A stretch of 64,000 nucleotides of DNA, taken from IMG/VR virus record IMGVR_UViG_3300005253_002057, positions 24,158 through 88,157 of that record, one strand, 5' to 3'. Positions 18,266-28,934 of this stretch are shown one piece after another. The notes beneath the pieces were generated by a model. That model was not told the origin of the DNA. It ran no database searches and saw only the letters and a program-made list of their open reading frames with translations. The position numbers and the translations under genes are program-made. This DNA comes from a virus. Numbering within the stretch: position 1 is the stretch's first letter; every line of letters begins with the position of its first letter.

Positions 18266-18595
18266 ATGAGAGCTGTAATAATATTTACATTACTTTTTTA
18301 CTCCTTGGTTGGCTTTATAATAACTAAGCTTCCTACTCCTGACCAAGCAGAGGGCTTCAATATAATAACTGAAGCTGACATAGAAGAAACTGTAGTAGTA
18401 AAAGCTTCTGAGCAGCCTAGCCCAGCTACTGCCATAGTAGTGGCAGGACTAAATCTCTTTGCAGTAATAAAGACTATATATCTATTACTTAGCTTTCAAT
18501 TAAGTGGAGTTCCATTTCTTATAAATCTATTGTTCTTAGTCCCAGCAAATATAACAGTCTATATGGTAGCAGTCCAGTTGGTTAGAGGGGGCTAG
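18266..18595 (+). CDS. membrane protein of virion module
   Basis: Three hydrophobic segments; lies between two spike-like genes. Confidence 0.65.
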   Translation: MRAVIIFTLLFYSLVGFIITKLPTPDQAEGFNIITEADIEETVVVKASEQPSPATAIVVAGLNLFAVIKTIYLLLSFQLSGVPFLINLLFLVPANITVYMVAVQLVRGG

Positions 18596-20734
18596 ATGAC
18601 TAAGAAACTAGCAGGGCTAGTTCTAGTCTTTATATTCTTTCTAAGTAGCTTTACTTCAGTACCAGTATCTGAAGCTTCGCATTTAGGAATAGAGTTTCTG
18701 TTTGATAATGGAGACCATTTTATAGCTGGAGAACCTGTAAGAATTAGATTGAGAATAGACTTTACAGTAGGAGCTCTTTTCACAATACAGTTAGTAAGAC
18801 TTGATACCTCGGAAGTAAAAAACATACAAACCTTTGTAGTTCCAGCAGCTATAAATGGCTTTAGTACTATAAATTATGAGTATAAGTCTGAGGCTACTGA
18901 TTTCTTTCCCTTCTCTTTAGTAGCTACTGATTTAGATGCTATATCTAGAATAGCCTTTATAGCTATTCTTCCTAATAGCATAGCTAGTTCTCAAGGTGCT
19001 TTCGATAACTTAGCTCTTGATACAGTCTATATAGTTGATGCAAGCCCAGATTTTGAGCTTAGATTAAATGACTATACTTTTAAGCAGGGGGAGTACATAG
19101 TAGTCTGGCATAGATTAGAAACAGTTGCAGAATCAGTAGCCCCTGATATAGTAGAGCATGTATCTAATCAAGATGTTAGATCGGAACTTCAGCTTTATGA
19201 CGTAGCCTTTAACTCAAATGGAGTAGTACTACCAATAAATAAGCCTCCAGAGGCTACTGATAATCCACGTTATACCTTACTTGTTCCTGTGTTCGAAGGA
19301 GAAACTAGTACCCCTTTCACTGATAATACTCACGCTATCCCTAACAGTGGACTATTTGTAATTGGATTAGATAAGTCAGATCAATCTATAGATAGATTTA
19401 CTGGAGGATCTGGCACTATGGCTGCTAGGACTCCAGATAAATCTAGTGTCTTAGGAGCAACATGGACTAACCAAGTAGGAACTTGGTCAGTAGATGGTAG
19501 CGGAAAAGCTTCTCCTACTGCATCTGCTGCTTCTGGACCTTATACCTTTAGCGCAGTAACTACATTACAAGATGGAGCTACTGCATTTAGTAATAAGACC
19601 TTTTCTGCAGCCATAGACATAGATACAGTAGCAGCTGCTGGTAGTGTTGGGATAGTTACTAACTGGACAGATTCAAATAATCATTGGCGCTTTATAATTA
19701 CTTGGGATGCTACTCCAGCTGACGCTACATTTTCTATAGGTAATTATAATGCTGGGGTGTTGTCTGAAGTAGCTTCTGGAGCTATTACTCTTGCAGTAGA
19801 TGACGTAGTTAATCTTTTTGTTAGTGTGGATAAAGAAGGAACACAAGGAAACTGGACTATACTGGCTTTAAAAGGAGACCAGTCCCCTACGTTAGGAGAT
19901 AATGTAACTGTAGTCGAGCCTTTATTAGAGTTCTCCTTTGCAGATAATACTTTATTAGATGCTGATGGCCCAGATACTTGGGGTCTAATAGCTACAAGTG
20001 CAGTGGATGCAGCTAATGTACTTAACAGATCTGTAGAGTATATAGCCTGGACTGCATTACTACCCTCTGTGCTAGCAGTAAATGAGCCTGACCATGCTCA
20101 AAACTTTGTAGATCAATATGGGCTAGAAAATCCAGTAGTAGGTATAGCTATATCAGGAAAGTCTTTCGAGGTTATAGAACAGTTTAATGTAGTATCACTT
20201 AACTCAGAGCAACTAGTAAAACTAGCCCATCCAGATGCTAAAGTATTTACCAGCTTTAATAGTAAGGTACTGCAAGATACTGGAACTGCTACTAGACAAG
20301 AATTAGCCTATTCTTATAGGGATTCCAGAACTTTGAATCTAGGTACAGTTGTATGCTGCTCAGATGATACTCATCATATATCACTGGAGCTAGCATCTAC
20401 TAGAGTAAATTCTAGAACTGGTAGTACTTATGTCTGGATATTAGCAACTGAGTATACTGTAGGGCAAGTAAGAAGTGTAGTGGGGGGATTAAACAGACTA
20501 TCTGGAAGCTTTGGGATGGGCGATACTAAAGGACATATTGCTTTTGCTTTTATACTTTCTCTTTTAGTTACCATACTTATGCTACACTTTTCCCTAACAG
20601 GATCTATTATAGCTGGGACTACACTATGGATAGGACTTGTAGTAATAGGTTATGTACCACCTTGGACGCTGATGTTTCTAGTACTAATAGGAGGATTACT
20701 AAATGTAACAGGGCTCCTAAGTAGGGAAGTATAA
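18596..20734 (+). CDS. secreted beta-rich virion protein with C-terminal TM anchors
   Basis: Signal peptide ending SEA-S; lectin-like middle region; three C-terminal hydrophobic helices. Confidence 0.65.
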   Translation: MTKKLAGLVLVFIFFLSSFTSVPVSEASHLGIEFLFDNGDHFIAGEPVRIRLRIDFTVGALFTIQLVRLDTSEVKNIQTFVVPAAINGFSTINYEYKSEATDFFPFSLVATDLDAISRIAFIAILPNSIASSQGAFDNLALDTVYIVDASPDFELRLNDYTFKQGEYIVVWHRLETVAESVAPDIVEHVSNQDVRSELQLYDVAFNSNGVVLPINKPPEATDNPRYTLLVPVFEGETSTPFTDNTHAIPNSGLFVIGLDKSDQSIDRFTGGSGTMAARTPDKSSVLGATWTNQVGTWSVDGSGKASPTASAASGPYTFSAVTTLQDGATAFSNKTFSAAIDIDTVAAAGSVGIVTNWTDSNNHWRFIITWDATPADATFSIGNYNAGVLSEVASGAITLAVDDVVNLFVSVDKEGTQGNWTILALKGDQSPTLGDNVTVVEPLLEFSFADNTLLDADGPDTWGLIATSAVDAANVLNRSVEYIAWTALLPSVLAVNEPDHAQNFVDQYGLENPVVGIAISGKSFEVIEQFNVVSLNSEQLVKLAHPDAKVFTSFNSKVLQDTGTATRQELAYSYRDSRTLNLGTVVCCSDDTHHISLELASTRVNSRTGSTYVWILATEYTVGQVRSVVGGLNRLSGSFGMGDTKGHIAFAFILSLLVTILMLHFSLTGSIIAGTTLWIGLVVIGYVPPWTLMFLVLIGGLLNVTGLLSREV

Positions 20735-20795
20735 TGACCAAGGTTTATCCCTGCCACAGCCAAGACTTGACACTTGGCGCAATCTGATGTATAAT
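20732..20795 (+). promoter_or_regulatory. consensus sigma70 promoter with operator-like boxes
   Basis: TTGACA(20767-72)-17-TATAAT(20790-95); -35 flanked by inverted GCCAAG/CTTGGC; upstream TAATGACCAAGGTTTA. Confidence 0.9.
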
Positions 20796-20804
20796 TAATA
20801 TATA

Positions 20805-21347
20805 ATGATTTTAACTAATAATCCAGCTGCTATACAACTACTCCTTGTGATAAGTGTACTCTTTACTGCAGGATTAATTCTAGCCTTATACTTTGGCTTT
20901 AGAAGATGGATAGCAGCTAGAATGTTAGTATGGGTAATACACCCAGATAGAAGACTAAGCAAACATATGGTTAGACCAGAATCTGACGGTAATATAAGAA
21001 TACCTAAGATAGGGTCTAGATTTCTTTTCACTCCTGCTGATGTATTCTACTCCAGTCTTCCTTTAGTAGGGGAACCAATTCCAGCAATAATGTGTCACAT
21101 AGATAAACCTGAGGCGCTGGATATAATAGGGCTAGTTCCCAAAGAAGGTATAACTTCTACTGAGTTATCAAGTGCTTTCGATAATAGAATGTTAGAGCAG
21201 TGGGTAAGAGCTACTAAAGAGCCAGGATTGGCTAGATTAAGGTCTACTTTGGTAATAGGATTAGCAGCCGTGCTGCTTGCAGTACTAGGTTCTACATACT
21301 TTATTGCTACCTCAGTATTAGGTCCTATAAGCCTACTGGAAAGATAA
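20805..21347 (+). CDS. two-TM membrane protein (assembly operon)
   Basis: N- and C-terminal TM helices; first gene after the promoter; co-operonic with ATPase. Confidence 0.7.
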   Translation: MILTNNPAAIQLLLVISVLFTAGLILALYFGFRRWIAARMLVWVIHPDRRLSKHMVRPESDGNIRIPKIGSRFLFTPADVFYSSLPLVGEPIPAIMCHIDKPEALDIIGLVPKEGITSTELSSAFDNRMLEQWVRATKEPGLARLRSTLVIGLAAVLLAVLGSTYFIATSVLGPISLLER

Positions 21348-21350
21348 AAA

Positions 21351-21830
21351 ATGGAATTCTTTTCTAAGCAAAAGACTAAGTCATCTAATAATGGAGCCAC
21401 TCCTAGTGAGAACTCTTCTAGCAATAATAAAGTAGAAGCTGGGGATAATAACTTTAGAAGCGCCTTTTGGCAGAGTCTAGCTGGACAGGCACCTACTACA
21501 GAAGGGGGCCAAGGTTTAGCCTCTCTATTAGGTATAGGAGGTCTTGGCGGAGACGATAATCAAAATGCTTTAGAGTTATTTGACATTCCTACAGACTTTG
21601 GTGATCTTCATGAGCTTAGAAGACTAATAGCAAAGTCTGATATTCCAGCTGAGTTGGTACAACCACTAATGACTTTACTAGGATTGGCTGAAAGATTTGC
21701 ATCCAAGCTAGTTCCAAGCCTAGTAGGTTGGTACTTGGTAGGTAGAATAGGAAAGAATAGACTTGGACGGGAAGAGTTTATCAGAGCAACTCAACGGCAA
21801 GCCTTAGTACAGAAGGACGATGATGACTAA
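21351..21830 (+). CDS. hypothetical protein (assembly operon)
   Basis: Abuts the ATPase gene. Confidence 0.65.
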   Translation: MEFFSKQKTKSSNNGATPSENSSSNNKVEAGDNNFRSAFWQSLAGQAPTTEGGQGLASLLGIGGLGGDDNQNALELFDIPTDFGDLHELRRLIAKSDIPAELVQPLMTLLGLAERFASKLVPSLVGWYLVGRIGKNRLGREEFIRATQRQALVQKDDDD

Positions 21831-22367
21831 GTGGCTATAACAGTGATAACTGGCCCTATGGGAAGTGGAAAGACTACTCTTATGACTGCAGTAGGAGTAC
21901 TGGCCCATGAACTAGATGGAGTTAGGATATTCTGTAACTATCGCTTGACTGGTATAGAACATACCTTTTTTAGACCTACTGAGTTTGCCGACTTGATGGA
22001 GGCTGAGGAATTAAATAATTGCATAGTTCTATTAGACGAGGCATATCTTCTTATGGATTCCCGTACTTCTGGTGCTAGGATAAATAGATTATTTTCCGCT
22101 TTTACTTACCAAGCAAGAAAAAGAGGAGTAGACTTACTAGTAGTTACTCATCATACAGATCATATAGATAAGCGAATAAGAAGAGCCATGTCTTATAGAT
22201 GGAGGCCTAGATTTAATCCAACTACTCATGTAATAACTGTATACTCAAAGGCTGAAGAAGTAGGGCATAGGTCTAGATTCAAGATACAAGCAGATAAGTT
22301 CTGGCCTTACTTTGACACTAATGAGATTCCTATTATAAGCAAGCAGTTAAAGAGGGTAGTATTTTAA
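21831..22367 (+). CDS. Zot/inovirus pI-like morphogenesis ATPase (no TM)
   Basis: ITGPMGSGKT, IFCNY, LLDEAYLLMDSR, QARKRGVDLLVVTH, IDKRIR. Confidence 0.85.
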   Translation: MAITVITGPMGSGKTTLMTAVGVLAHELDGVRIFCNYRLTGIEHTFFRPTEFADLMEAEELNNCIVLLDEAYLLMDSRTSGARINRLFSAFTYQARKRGVDLLVVTHHTDHIDKRIRRAMSYRWRPRFNPTTHVITVYSKAEEVGHRSRFKIQADKFWPYFDTNEIPIISKQLKRVVF

Positions 22368-22541
22368 TCAAGAAGCTGTTCCAGTACAGCTTAGTAGGGG
22401 ATTGTGCTTCTGTACTGTGTAGCTAACTGCTAAGAAGGAGGTTGTCATGAGCTTTGGCCCTGGCGTAAAGATTTAGGCTATAGGCTAACTGAAAAAGATC
22501 CGGTTGAGGAAGCGTGAGATATAGGCGATCAAGTTACTACT

Positions 22542-23240
22542 GTGGTGGACTCCCCTACTAAGGAAAAGTCCCTAGATGAAATTAGGACTAACCTAGCAAA
22601 GTCCTATGTTGAGAACAGTGGTGGCTTGGTCGCTGTATATAATAGGGAAGAAATAACATTTCTATTAAGTATTCTAACTAGAGCTCTAGAAGGTAGTACT
22701 TTTCCAGGTCAGCAAAGAATAGTTAATGAAACTAGACAACTTCTAAGTAAATGGGACTGGAGCAAGCTTCCAGCTGAACTAGAGGGTAACTTAAAGCTTT
22801 ACGTCTTTAATAGACTTAAGTTAGAAAAATCAAAGACCTACACTTTTAGAAGAGTAGAGGCTTTAATATTTGCTGACCAGAATAAGGAGAAGGGTTTGAA
22901 TCAAGAAAATCAAGGAAGTAGTAGCCTAGAACAGTACGCAGAGTCTCAAGATGAAGACTCAGAAGTAATAGATTTGCAGAAAGCGGATGACGAAGAGTTC
23001 ACCTACTATGTAGTTAGGGCTGAGGAATTCTCCCGCTTTGAGCTAGCTACTATTTTAATTTCGATGGGAAATCAGTCGGAAGAAGATCTACAAGTAAGAC
23101 TTCACGAAGAATTACTTATAGTATCTGATGACCCTGACTTAGAAGATCATCAAGAAGAAAGTCTTGCTGTCTATATACTTGACCTAGAAAAGGATGGAGG
23201 TATTTTAGATAAGAAGGCTCTAGATGAACAAAAAGACTAG
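22542..23240 (+). CDS. acidic hypothetical protein
   Basis: 232-aa ORF with genome-typical codon usage. Confidence 0.6.
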   Translation: MVDSPTKEKSLDEIRTNLAKSYVENSGGLVAVYNREEITFLLSILTRALEGSTFPGQQRIVNETRQLLSKWDWSKLPAELEGNLKLYVFNRLKLEKSKTYTFRRVEALIFADQNKEKGLNQENQGSSSLEQYAESQDEDSEVIDLQKADDEEFTYYVVRAEEFSRFELATILISMGNQSEEDLQVRLHEELLIVSDDPDLEDHQEESLAVYILDLEKDGGILDKKALDEQKD

Positions 23241-23246
23241 TCTGTA

Positions 23247-23561
23247 ATGAATAAGGTTCAATATATCTTATCTCTATGGTATTATATACTAGGAGATATA
23301 ACTAAAGAAATAGTAGAGTTGCTAAATTCAATAGCTATACACTATGCTCCTGAGCCCCCTCTAGATATATCTGACAAAGGTAATCTTAATCTATTCGACT
23401 TATTACTACTAGGCACTTACGAAGGAGGCAAGATAATGGCTGGGCTTCTTAGAAAAGGCCTAGTAGCATATAGAAAAGGTATGATAATAGGGGGAAAAGC
23501 CTTAATAGCATACTCTAAAAAGAAACGCAGGGAGAAAAAGCAAAGACAGGGAGTGGGATGA
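23247..23561 (+). CDS. hypothetical protein with basic C-terminus (internal start 23436 with GGAGG possible)
   Basis: ORF track; RBS before MAGLLRKG. Confidence 0.5.
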   Translation: MNKVQYILSLWYYILGDITKEIVELLNSIAIHYAPEPPLDISDKGNLNLFDLLLLGTYEGGKIMAGLLRKGLVAYRKGMIIGGKALIAYSKKKRREKKQRQGVG

Positions 23562-23752
23562 CTAAGAAAGCAGCTACTCTAGGGGACATAAAAAAGGCGG
23601 CTAACTCCTATCATAAAGGGGTAAAGGAGGCTAGCAAAAGCTTTCATGGTACCTATGGAGGGGGCATAAAAGACTTAACTAAGCATCTAGGTAGAAAAAA
23701 GACTTCTATAAAGGGAAGAAAGGTAAGGGCTAGAAACAGTCTAAAATTCTAG
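23558..23752 (+). CDS. small basic protein
   Basis: Lys-rich 64 aa; ATGA coupling. Confidence 0.6.
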   Translation: MTKKAATLGDIKKAANSYHKGVKEASKSFHGTYGGGIKDLTKHLGRKKTSIKGRKVRARNSLKF

Positions 23753-23769
23753 CGCTTAATTAATGCTTA

Positions 23770-24012
23770 ATGAGTGAAGAATCTGAGACTGAGGATGAAA
23801 ACTCTGTAGAATCTGTAGTATTGAGGTTTGCAGGTTTTATAGCTGGTTTATTCATATTCCTTCATTTCTTACAGAGAATGGAGACTAACCAGCTTTTTCT
23901 TTTTCTAGCCTTTATAGGGCTGGGCCTAGGACTGCATGTAGGATTTACTGCTTGGCAAGGATTTGGGGCAGTAAGAAAAAAGAGGGATGAGGCTAAGGAG
24001 CGTTATAAATGA
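23770..24012 (+). CDS. two-TM membrane protein
   Basis: Acidic N-terminus, two TMs, basic C-terminus. Confidence 0.65.
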   Translation: MSEESETEDENSVESVVLRFAGFIAGLFIFLHFLQRMETNQLFLFLAFIGLGLGLHVGFTAWQGFGAVRKKRDEAKERYK

Positions 24013-27000
24013 AGAATCAAATGGCTTTAGTACTTATAATAATAGCAGTAGCTGTAGGACTGGTATCTTTAGGTGGGGGAATTACATCACTGGGTGTAGT
24101 TGCCCCAATCTCTTCTACAGGAGGTACAGCTCCTACACTTAGTATAGCCGCTTGTCCTGATGGAGAAACTTATACCTTTGATTCAGGTACTAGCACCTGG
24201 ACTTGTGGAAATGCTGGACATACTATACAAGATGAGGCTGTAAGTCTAGCTACAGAACCAACTCTAAACTTCACTGGAGCTGGTGTAGTCTGTGCGGATA
24301 ATCCAGGTAATACTAGAACAGACTGTACTATAACAGGAGTAGCAGGTTCAGGAGTACAGCTAGACTTAGGTAATGATGATGTAATAGAATCCACAGGCAT
24401 TACAGAAATAAATGTAGATAATGACACTAATTCTATATTTACAGAAACTCCAGCAGATCAACTATTAATAGATGCTAGTCTTAATTGGCCTATATCAGAT
24501 GACGTAAGCTGTACAGACTGTCTAAATGCCACAGAGATAGAAGATATCTATGTTCTTATTGTTGGAGACACAGTAACAGGGAATATAGACTTCGATGATG
24601 GAGTAGGGGAAAGTCCTCGTGTTCTCTTTTCCCCTCAAACAGGGACAGTCTGGGATATCTACGCAGAAGACGCAACAGATGACTTACAGATAGAAGTTAC
24701 TACTGCTGTTGCTGAAGGTCTTGATATTGTAAACACTGGTGCAGGTATTGTAGTTTTAAGTCTTGATTCTTTAGCCACAGGTGGGGCTTCTGAATGTGTA
24801 GAGGCAGACACTAATGGAGTATTAGCTCTAGCTGGTTCTGCTTGTGCATCAGGAGGTGGAGATTCAATAGAAGTAGAGGACGGAGATAATACTGGTACCT
24901 TTTCTACTATTGATACTACAGCTAGATTTGAAGACTCAGCAGATATTAACTTTTCTTTAGCAGATGGTGGGCCTGGAGGTCCTGACGATATCACTGGAAC
25001 TGTTAGGGCAAATGCAGTAGCCCTAGCTACAGATACTACTGGTGCCTTTGTTGCTACAGTAGCAGATTCTGGAAACACTAATATAACAGTAGCAGGCTCA
25101 GGAGCTGAGAATGCTGCTGTTACTTTAGATGTTATAGACGTTAACTGTACTAACTGTCTTGATGCCACTGAGATTGCAGATATCTATGTTCTAGTTGCCG
25201 GAGATGTTATGACAGGCAACCTAGATATGGATGATGGAACCACAGATTCTCCTAGAATTCTCTTCACTGTTCAAACAGGTACAGTTTGGGATATCTATGC
25301 TGAAGACACAAGTGATGATCTTCAAATAGAAGTAACTACTGGAGTAGCTGAGAATCTAGATATAGTAAATACTGGTGCTGGAACTGTAGTTCTTACATTG
25401 GACTCACTTGCTACTGGTGGGGCTTCAGAGTGTGTTCAAACTGATACAAATGGAGTCTTCTCTAATACAGGAGGAGCCTGTGGTGGGGGCAGTGTTGATC
25501 TTCAAGGAGCTTACGATAACGAAGTTAATCCAGCTCTTATTACCCTTGATAATACTATAGGAGGTATTATCTTTGATGGCGATGCTGAGCTTTCTGACCC
25601 CACCTTTACAATTAGAGATGATGGAGGATCTGTAGGAATACTTATAGATAATGATGATGAAGCAGGAAATGAGGCAAGTCCTCCTTTAAGAATAGCAAAC
25701 TCAACAGCAGCTGCTGGAGACACACAGTTTTCTTTTATAGTTACAGCAACAAGTGAGTTGGAGATAAGAGGAGATGATGACGCTGCAGACTTAACGATAG
25801 AAGCTGATGGGGATCTAGATCTGGCGGCCAATTTGACTTGCTCTAGTTGTATAGATCTAGGTGGAGAGTCAGCTGGGGCTTACGTGGCTACTGTAGCTGA
25901 TTCTGGTAATACTAATATTACTGTAGCAGGCTCTGGAGGAGAAACAGCAGCAGTTACTTTGGATGTAATAGGTGTTAACTGTACCGACTGTCTTGGAGCT
26001 ACAGAGATAACTGATATATACGTCTTAGTTGCTGGCGATGTAATGGCTGGTAACTTAGACTTTGATGATGGCACTACAGATTCTCCTAGGGTTCTATTTA
26101 GACCACAAACTGGAACTCTTTGGAATCTTTATGCAGCTGATTCTGATGATGATTTTCAAATTGAAGTAAATACTGCAGTAACAGAAGTAGTTGAGTTAAC
26201 TAATTTAGGCATAGGAGACGTAGACCTAACTCTAGATGGGGATATAAACTGTACAAACTGCATAACTTTAGCCACTGAAACTGTAGGTGCATTCGTAAAT
26301 GATATCACAGGTGGAGATGGAATATCCTCAACTGGTGGAGGTGCAGAAGACTCCACACCTACTATAGCAATAGACCTGACAGATGATGCAGATGGAACTA
26401 GTGCTACAACTGCAGCTGAAAGTGGGCTGGAGTTTCTTACCAGTGAGTTATCTTTACTTAGAGGTTGTTCCAACGGGGAGATACTAAAGTGGACTCTCGG
26501 AACTGAAGACTGGGGTTGTTCAGCAGATAGTACAGGAGGCTCCCCTACCTTTGATACTATAGCTTCAGGTACAAATACCACAGCTACAATGACCATAGAC
26601 GAAGGGGCTGAGATTATTCTAGCAACGGGGGGAATAAATGAAGCTTCTGAAGTTCTTAATACTGTACATAATGACTCAGGTGCTACACTCTTCCAGTGTA
26701 CAGCCGTTTACCTAAACGGGTTTGATATTCCAGCTGACCTTCCAGATGTTTTAATTGCTGATTCTGATGTCTCAGGAGCTGCTATAGGTCTAATATTTTC
26801 TGATGCAGTTACAGGGTCTGACGTTTTAATCGTAGTTTCAGGTCAGATGGATGACCTAGACACAGTAACGGGGGAAGGTTGGACTGTAGGAGATACATTA
26901 TATCTCAATGACTCTGGTACTTCAGCCGATAATGATTGTGGTAACACTTTAACCAATGTGCGCCCTGCCAACACTGATGACATAGTACAGGCTATAGCTA

Positions 27001-28934
27001 AAGTAGAAAGAGTTCATGCTACTAAAGGAAGATTAGAAGTCGTAGGTGCGGGTAGAGGAAATGATGTTCCTAATCTCCCTGACGATCAAGTTTGGGTAGG
27101 TAGTGCAACTAATGTAGCTACAGGAGTAACTGTTACTGACTCAGATGCAGCAACGGAGAAGCTTCAGTACGATCAAGCTACTAATACATTTATTACTGGA
27201 ACTGATGATACTGTACCGAAAGCTGGGGACTTTGCTAATGCAACCGATCTAGATCTTAATGGAGCTATCAATTGCACTGATTGCCTTAATGCTACAGAGA
27301 TTGAAGACATCTACGTTCTTATAGCTGGAGATGTTATTGAAGGCGATCTGGATTTTGATGATGGAGTCACAGACTCTCCCAAGGTACTATTCAGAGTACA
27401 AACTGGTGTAGTTTGGAGCGTCTATGCTGAAGATGGGGCTGATGATCTACAGTTTGAAGTTAACTCAGGTACTGCGGAGACTATAGACTTTATAAATCTT
27501 GGGGCTGGTGTCATAGACATTACTGTAGATGGAACTATTACTGGAACTACTGCAGTAGCTGGACCTAATGTTACTTCGGGAGCAGACCCAGGTCACACTC
27601 ACACTGGAGGTTCTCTAGGTGGCATAGACATATCTGATGATACGAATCTGACTTGTGGAACTAACTGTACCTTAACTGACGACGAGATTTCAGTAGATGA
27701 TGTCTTCGTCTTAACAGCTGGTGATACGATAGCTGGTGATCTATCGTTTGACGATGGGGTAGGTGATACACCAAAGCTTAACTTCACTCCAGCTACAGGC
27801 GATGTTTGGAATATCTATGTTGATGATGCTTCTGGTGATCTGCAGTTCGAAACTAATACAGGTGGGCAAACTAGTTTCGATTTTGTAAATCTTGGACTCG
27901 GTACTATGGCTCTGTTTCTTGATGGGGATATTGATGCTGGGAATCCCAGTGGTGGCAATTCGACTATAAGGTCATCGTCGTTTCTTATTACATCGACATG
28001 GACTAACTTCGATGACCAGGGGGAGATTCGTCTTAGTGAGCCTGATGGAGCTGGCACAGAATACATATCAATACAGGCTCCAGCAACCTTAGCATCCAAT
28101 AGACTGTGTGTTCTTGAGGATGATGCAACTCCTTTTGACCCTTGCGTCTCAGGTGCTGGCGGCGGAGATATAACAGCAGTAGGACCAGGATATTCTTCAG
28201 GAGCAGCCTTTACTGATACAGTAGTTTCTGTAGGTACAGAGATGCTGGTTTGGGAAGGAACAGCTTCTGATGCTAATGAGCTAACAATTAGTGCACCTGC
28301 TAACCCTGCTGTAGATCAAAACTTTGCATTTCCTGACGATCAGCTGGCTGATGACGACTTAATTATTGCTAACGGGGCTGGTACCTTTGAGTACAAGGCT
28401 ACTCCAGACTGCGATGCAACTAATATAAGTAGACTTCAGTATGATACTACTACTAATCTCTTTATCTGTGACACAGATCCAGTAGCCGCAGGAGAGTACG
28501 CAGCCGCATCTATAGATGGAGATGATGTAAATAGTAATATAGCAGGAGCACATCTAACCTTAACAGCAGCAGCTCCTGATACTTTAGATCTAGATGTTGA
28601 AATATTCACTAATACTACGGGAATCTGGTTTGAAGATCCTACAGCTGCTGATGACTTTGAATCTATATGGGTAGTAAATGGATTCGCAGTAACTATAACA
28701 AAGATCTGGTGCGAGTCTGATCAGACTGTAAATATGGATCTACAGATAGATGATGGTACACCAGCAGATGTCAATGGAACAGATCTTGTATGCGATGGAA
28801 CACCTGCATTTGACGAAGCAATGGGCGGAGATGCCACTATGGCTGACGGAGATAGACTAGATCTTGTTATTACATCAGTGTCAGGAACTCCTACTTGGGT
28901 AAGTATTATGTGGACTTATACAAAGGATGACTAG
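24009..28934 (+). CDS. giant acidic repeat fibre/adhesin with signal peptide
   Basis: 1641 aa; N-terminal hydrophobic signal; five copies of the ...YVLxxGDxxxGxxDFDDGxxxSP...WxxYxxDxxxDLQxE unit; D/T/G-rich. Confidence 0.8.
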   Translation: MKNQMALVLIIIAVAVGLVSLGGGITSLGVVAPISSTGGTAPTLSIAACPDGETYTFDSGTSTWTCGNAGHTIQDEAVSLATEPTLNFTGAGVVCADNPGNTRTDCTITGVAGSGVQLDLGNDDVIESTGITEINVDNDTNSIFTETPADQLLIDASLNWPISDDVSCTDCLNATEIEDIYVLIVGDTVTGNIDFDDGVGESPRVLFSPQTGTVWDIYAEDATDDLQIEVTTAVAEGLDIVNTGAGIVVLSLDSLATGGASECVEADTNGVLALAGSACASGGGDSIEVEDGDNTGTFSTIDTTARFEDSADINFSLADGGPGGPDDITGTVRANAVALATDTTGAFVATVADSGNTNITVAGSGAENAAVTLDVIDVNCTNCLDATEIADIYVLVAGDVMTGNLDMDDGTTDSPRILFTVQTGTVWDIYAEDTSDDLQIEVTTGVAENLDIVNTGAGTVVLTLDSLATGGASECVQTDTNGVFSNTGGACGGGSVDLQGAYDNEVNPALITLDNTIGGIIFDGDAELSDPTFTIRDDGGSVGILIDNDDEAGNEASPPLRIANSTAAAGDTQFSFIVTATSELEIRGDDDAADLTIEADGDLDLAANLTCSSCIDLGGESAGAYVATVADSGNTNITVAGSGGETAAVTLDVIGVNCTDCLGATEITDIYVLVAGDVMAGNLDFDDGTTDSPRVLFRPQTGTLWNLYAADSDDDFQIEVNTAVTEVVELTNLGIGDVDLTLDGDINCTNCITLATETVGAFVNDITGGDGISSTGGGAEDSTPTIAIDLTDDADGTSATTAAESGLEFLTSELSLLRGCSNGEILKWTLGTEDWGCSADSTGGSPTFDTIASGTNTTATMTIDEGAEIILATGGINEASEVLNTVHNDSGATLFQCTAVYLNGFDIPADLPDVLIADSDVSGAAIGLIFSDAVTGSDVLIVVSGQMDDLDTVTGEGWTVGDTLYLNDSGTSADNDCGNTLTNVRPANTDDIVQAIAKVERVHATKGRLEVVGAGRGNDVPNLPDDQVWVGSATNVATGVTVTDSDAATEKLQYDQATNTFITGTDDTVPKAGDFANATDLDLNGAINCTDCLNATEIEDIYVLIAGDVIEGDLDFDDGVTDSPKVLFRVQTGVVWSVYAEDGADDLQFEVNSGTAETIDFINLGAGVIDITVDGTITGTTAVAGPNVTSGADPGHTHTGGSLGGIDISDDTNLTCGTNCTLTDDEISVDDVFVLTAGDTIAGDLSFDDGVGDTPKLNFTPATGDVWNIYVDDASGDLQFETNTGGQTSFDFVNLGLGTMALFLDGDIDAGNPSGGNSTIRSSSFLITSTWTNFDDQGEIRLSEPDGAGTEYISIQAPATLASNRLCVLEDDATPFDPCVSGAGGGDITAVGPGYSSGAAFTDTVVSVGTEMLVWEGTASDANELTISAPANPAVDQNFAFPDDQLADDDLIIANGAGTFEYKATPDCDATNISRLQYDTTTNLFICDTDPVAAGEYAAASIDGDDVNSNIAGAHLTLTAAAPDTLDLDVEIFTNTTGIWFEDPTAADDFESIWVVNGFAVTITKIWCESDQTVNMDLQIDDGTPADVNGTDLVCDGTPAFDEAMGGDATMADGDRLDLVITSVSGTPTWVSIMWTYTKDD

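Noticed and set aside
22368-22541. Possible micro-ORF (AAGGAGG + MSFGPGVKI) or decayed gene
   Set aside because: Too short or interrupted in all frames to support
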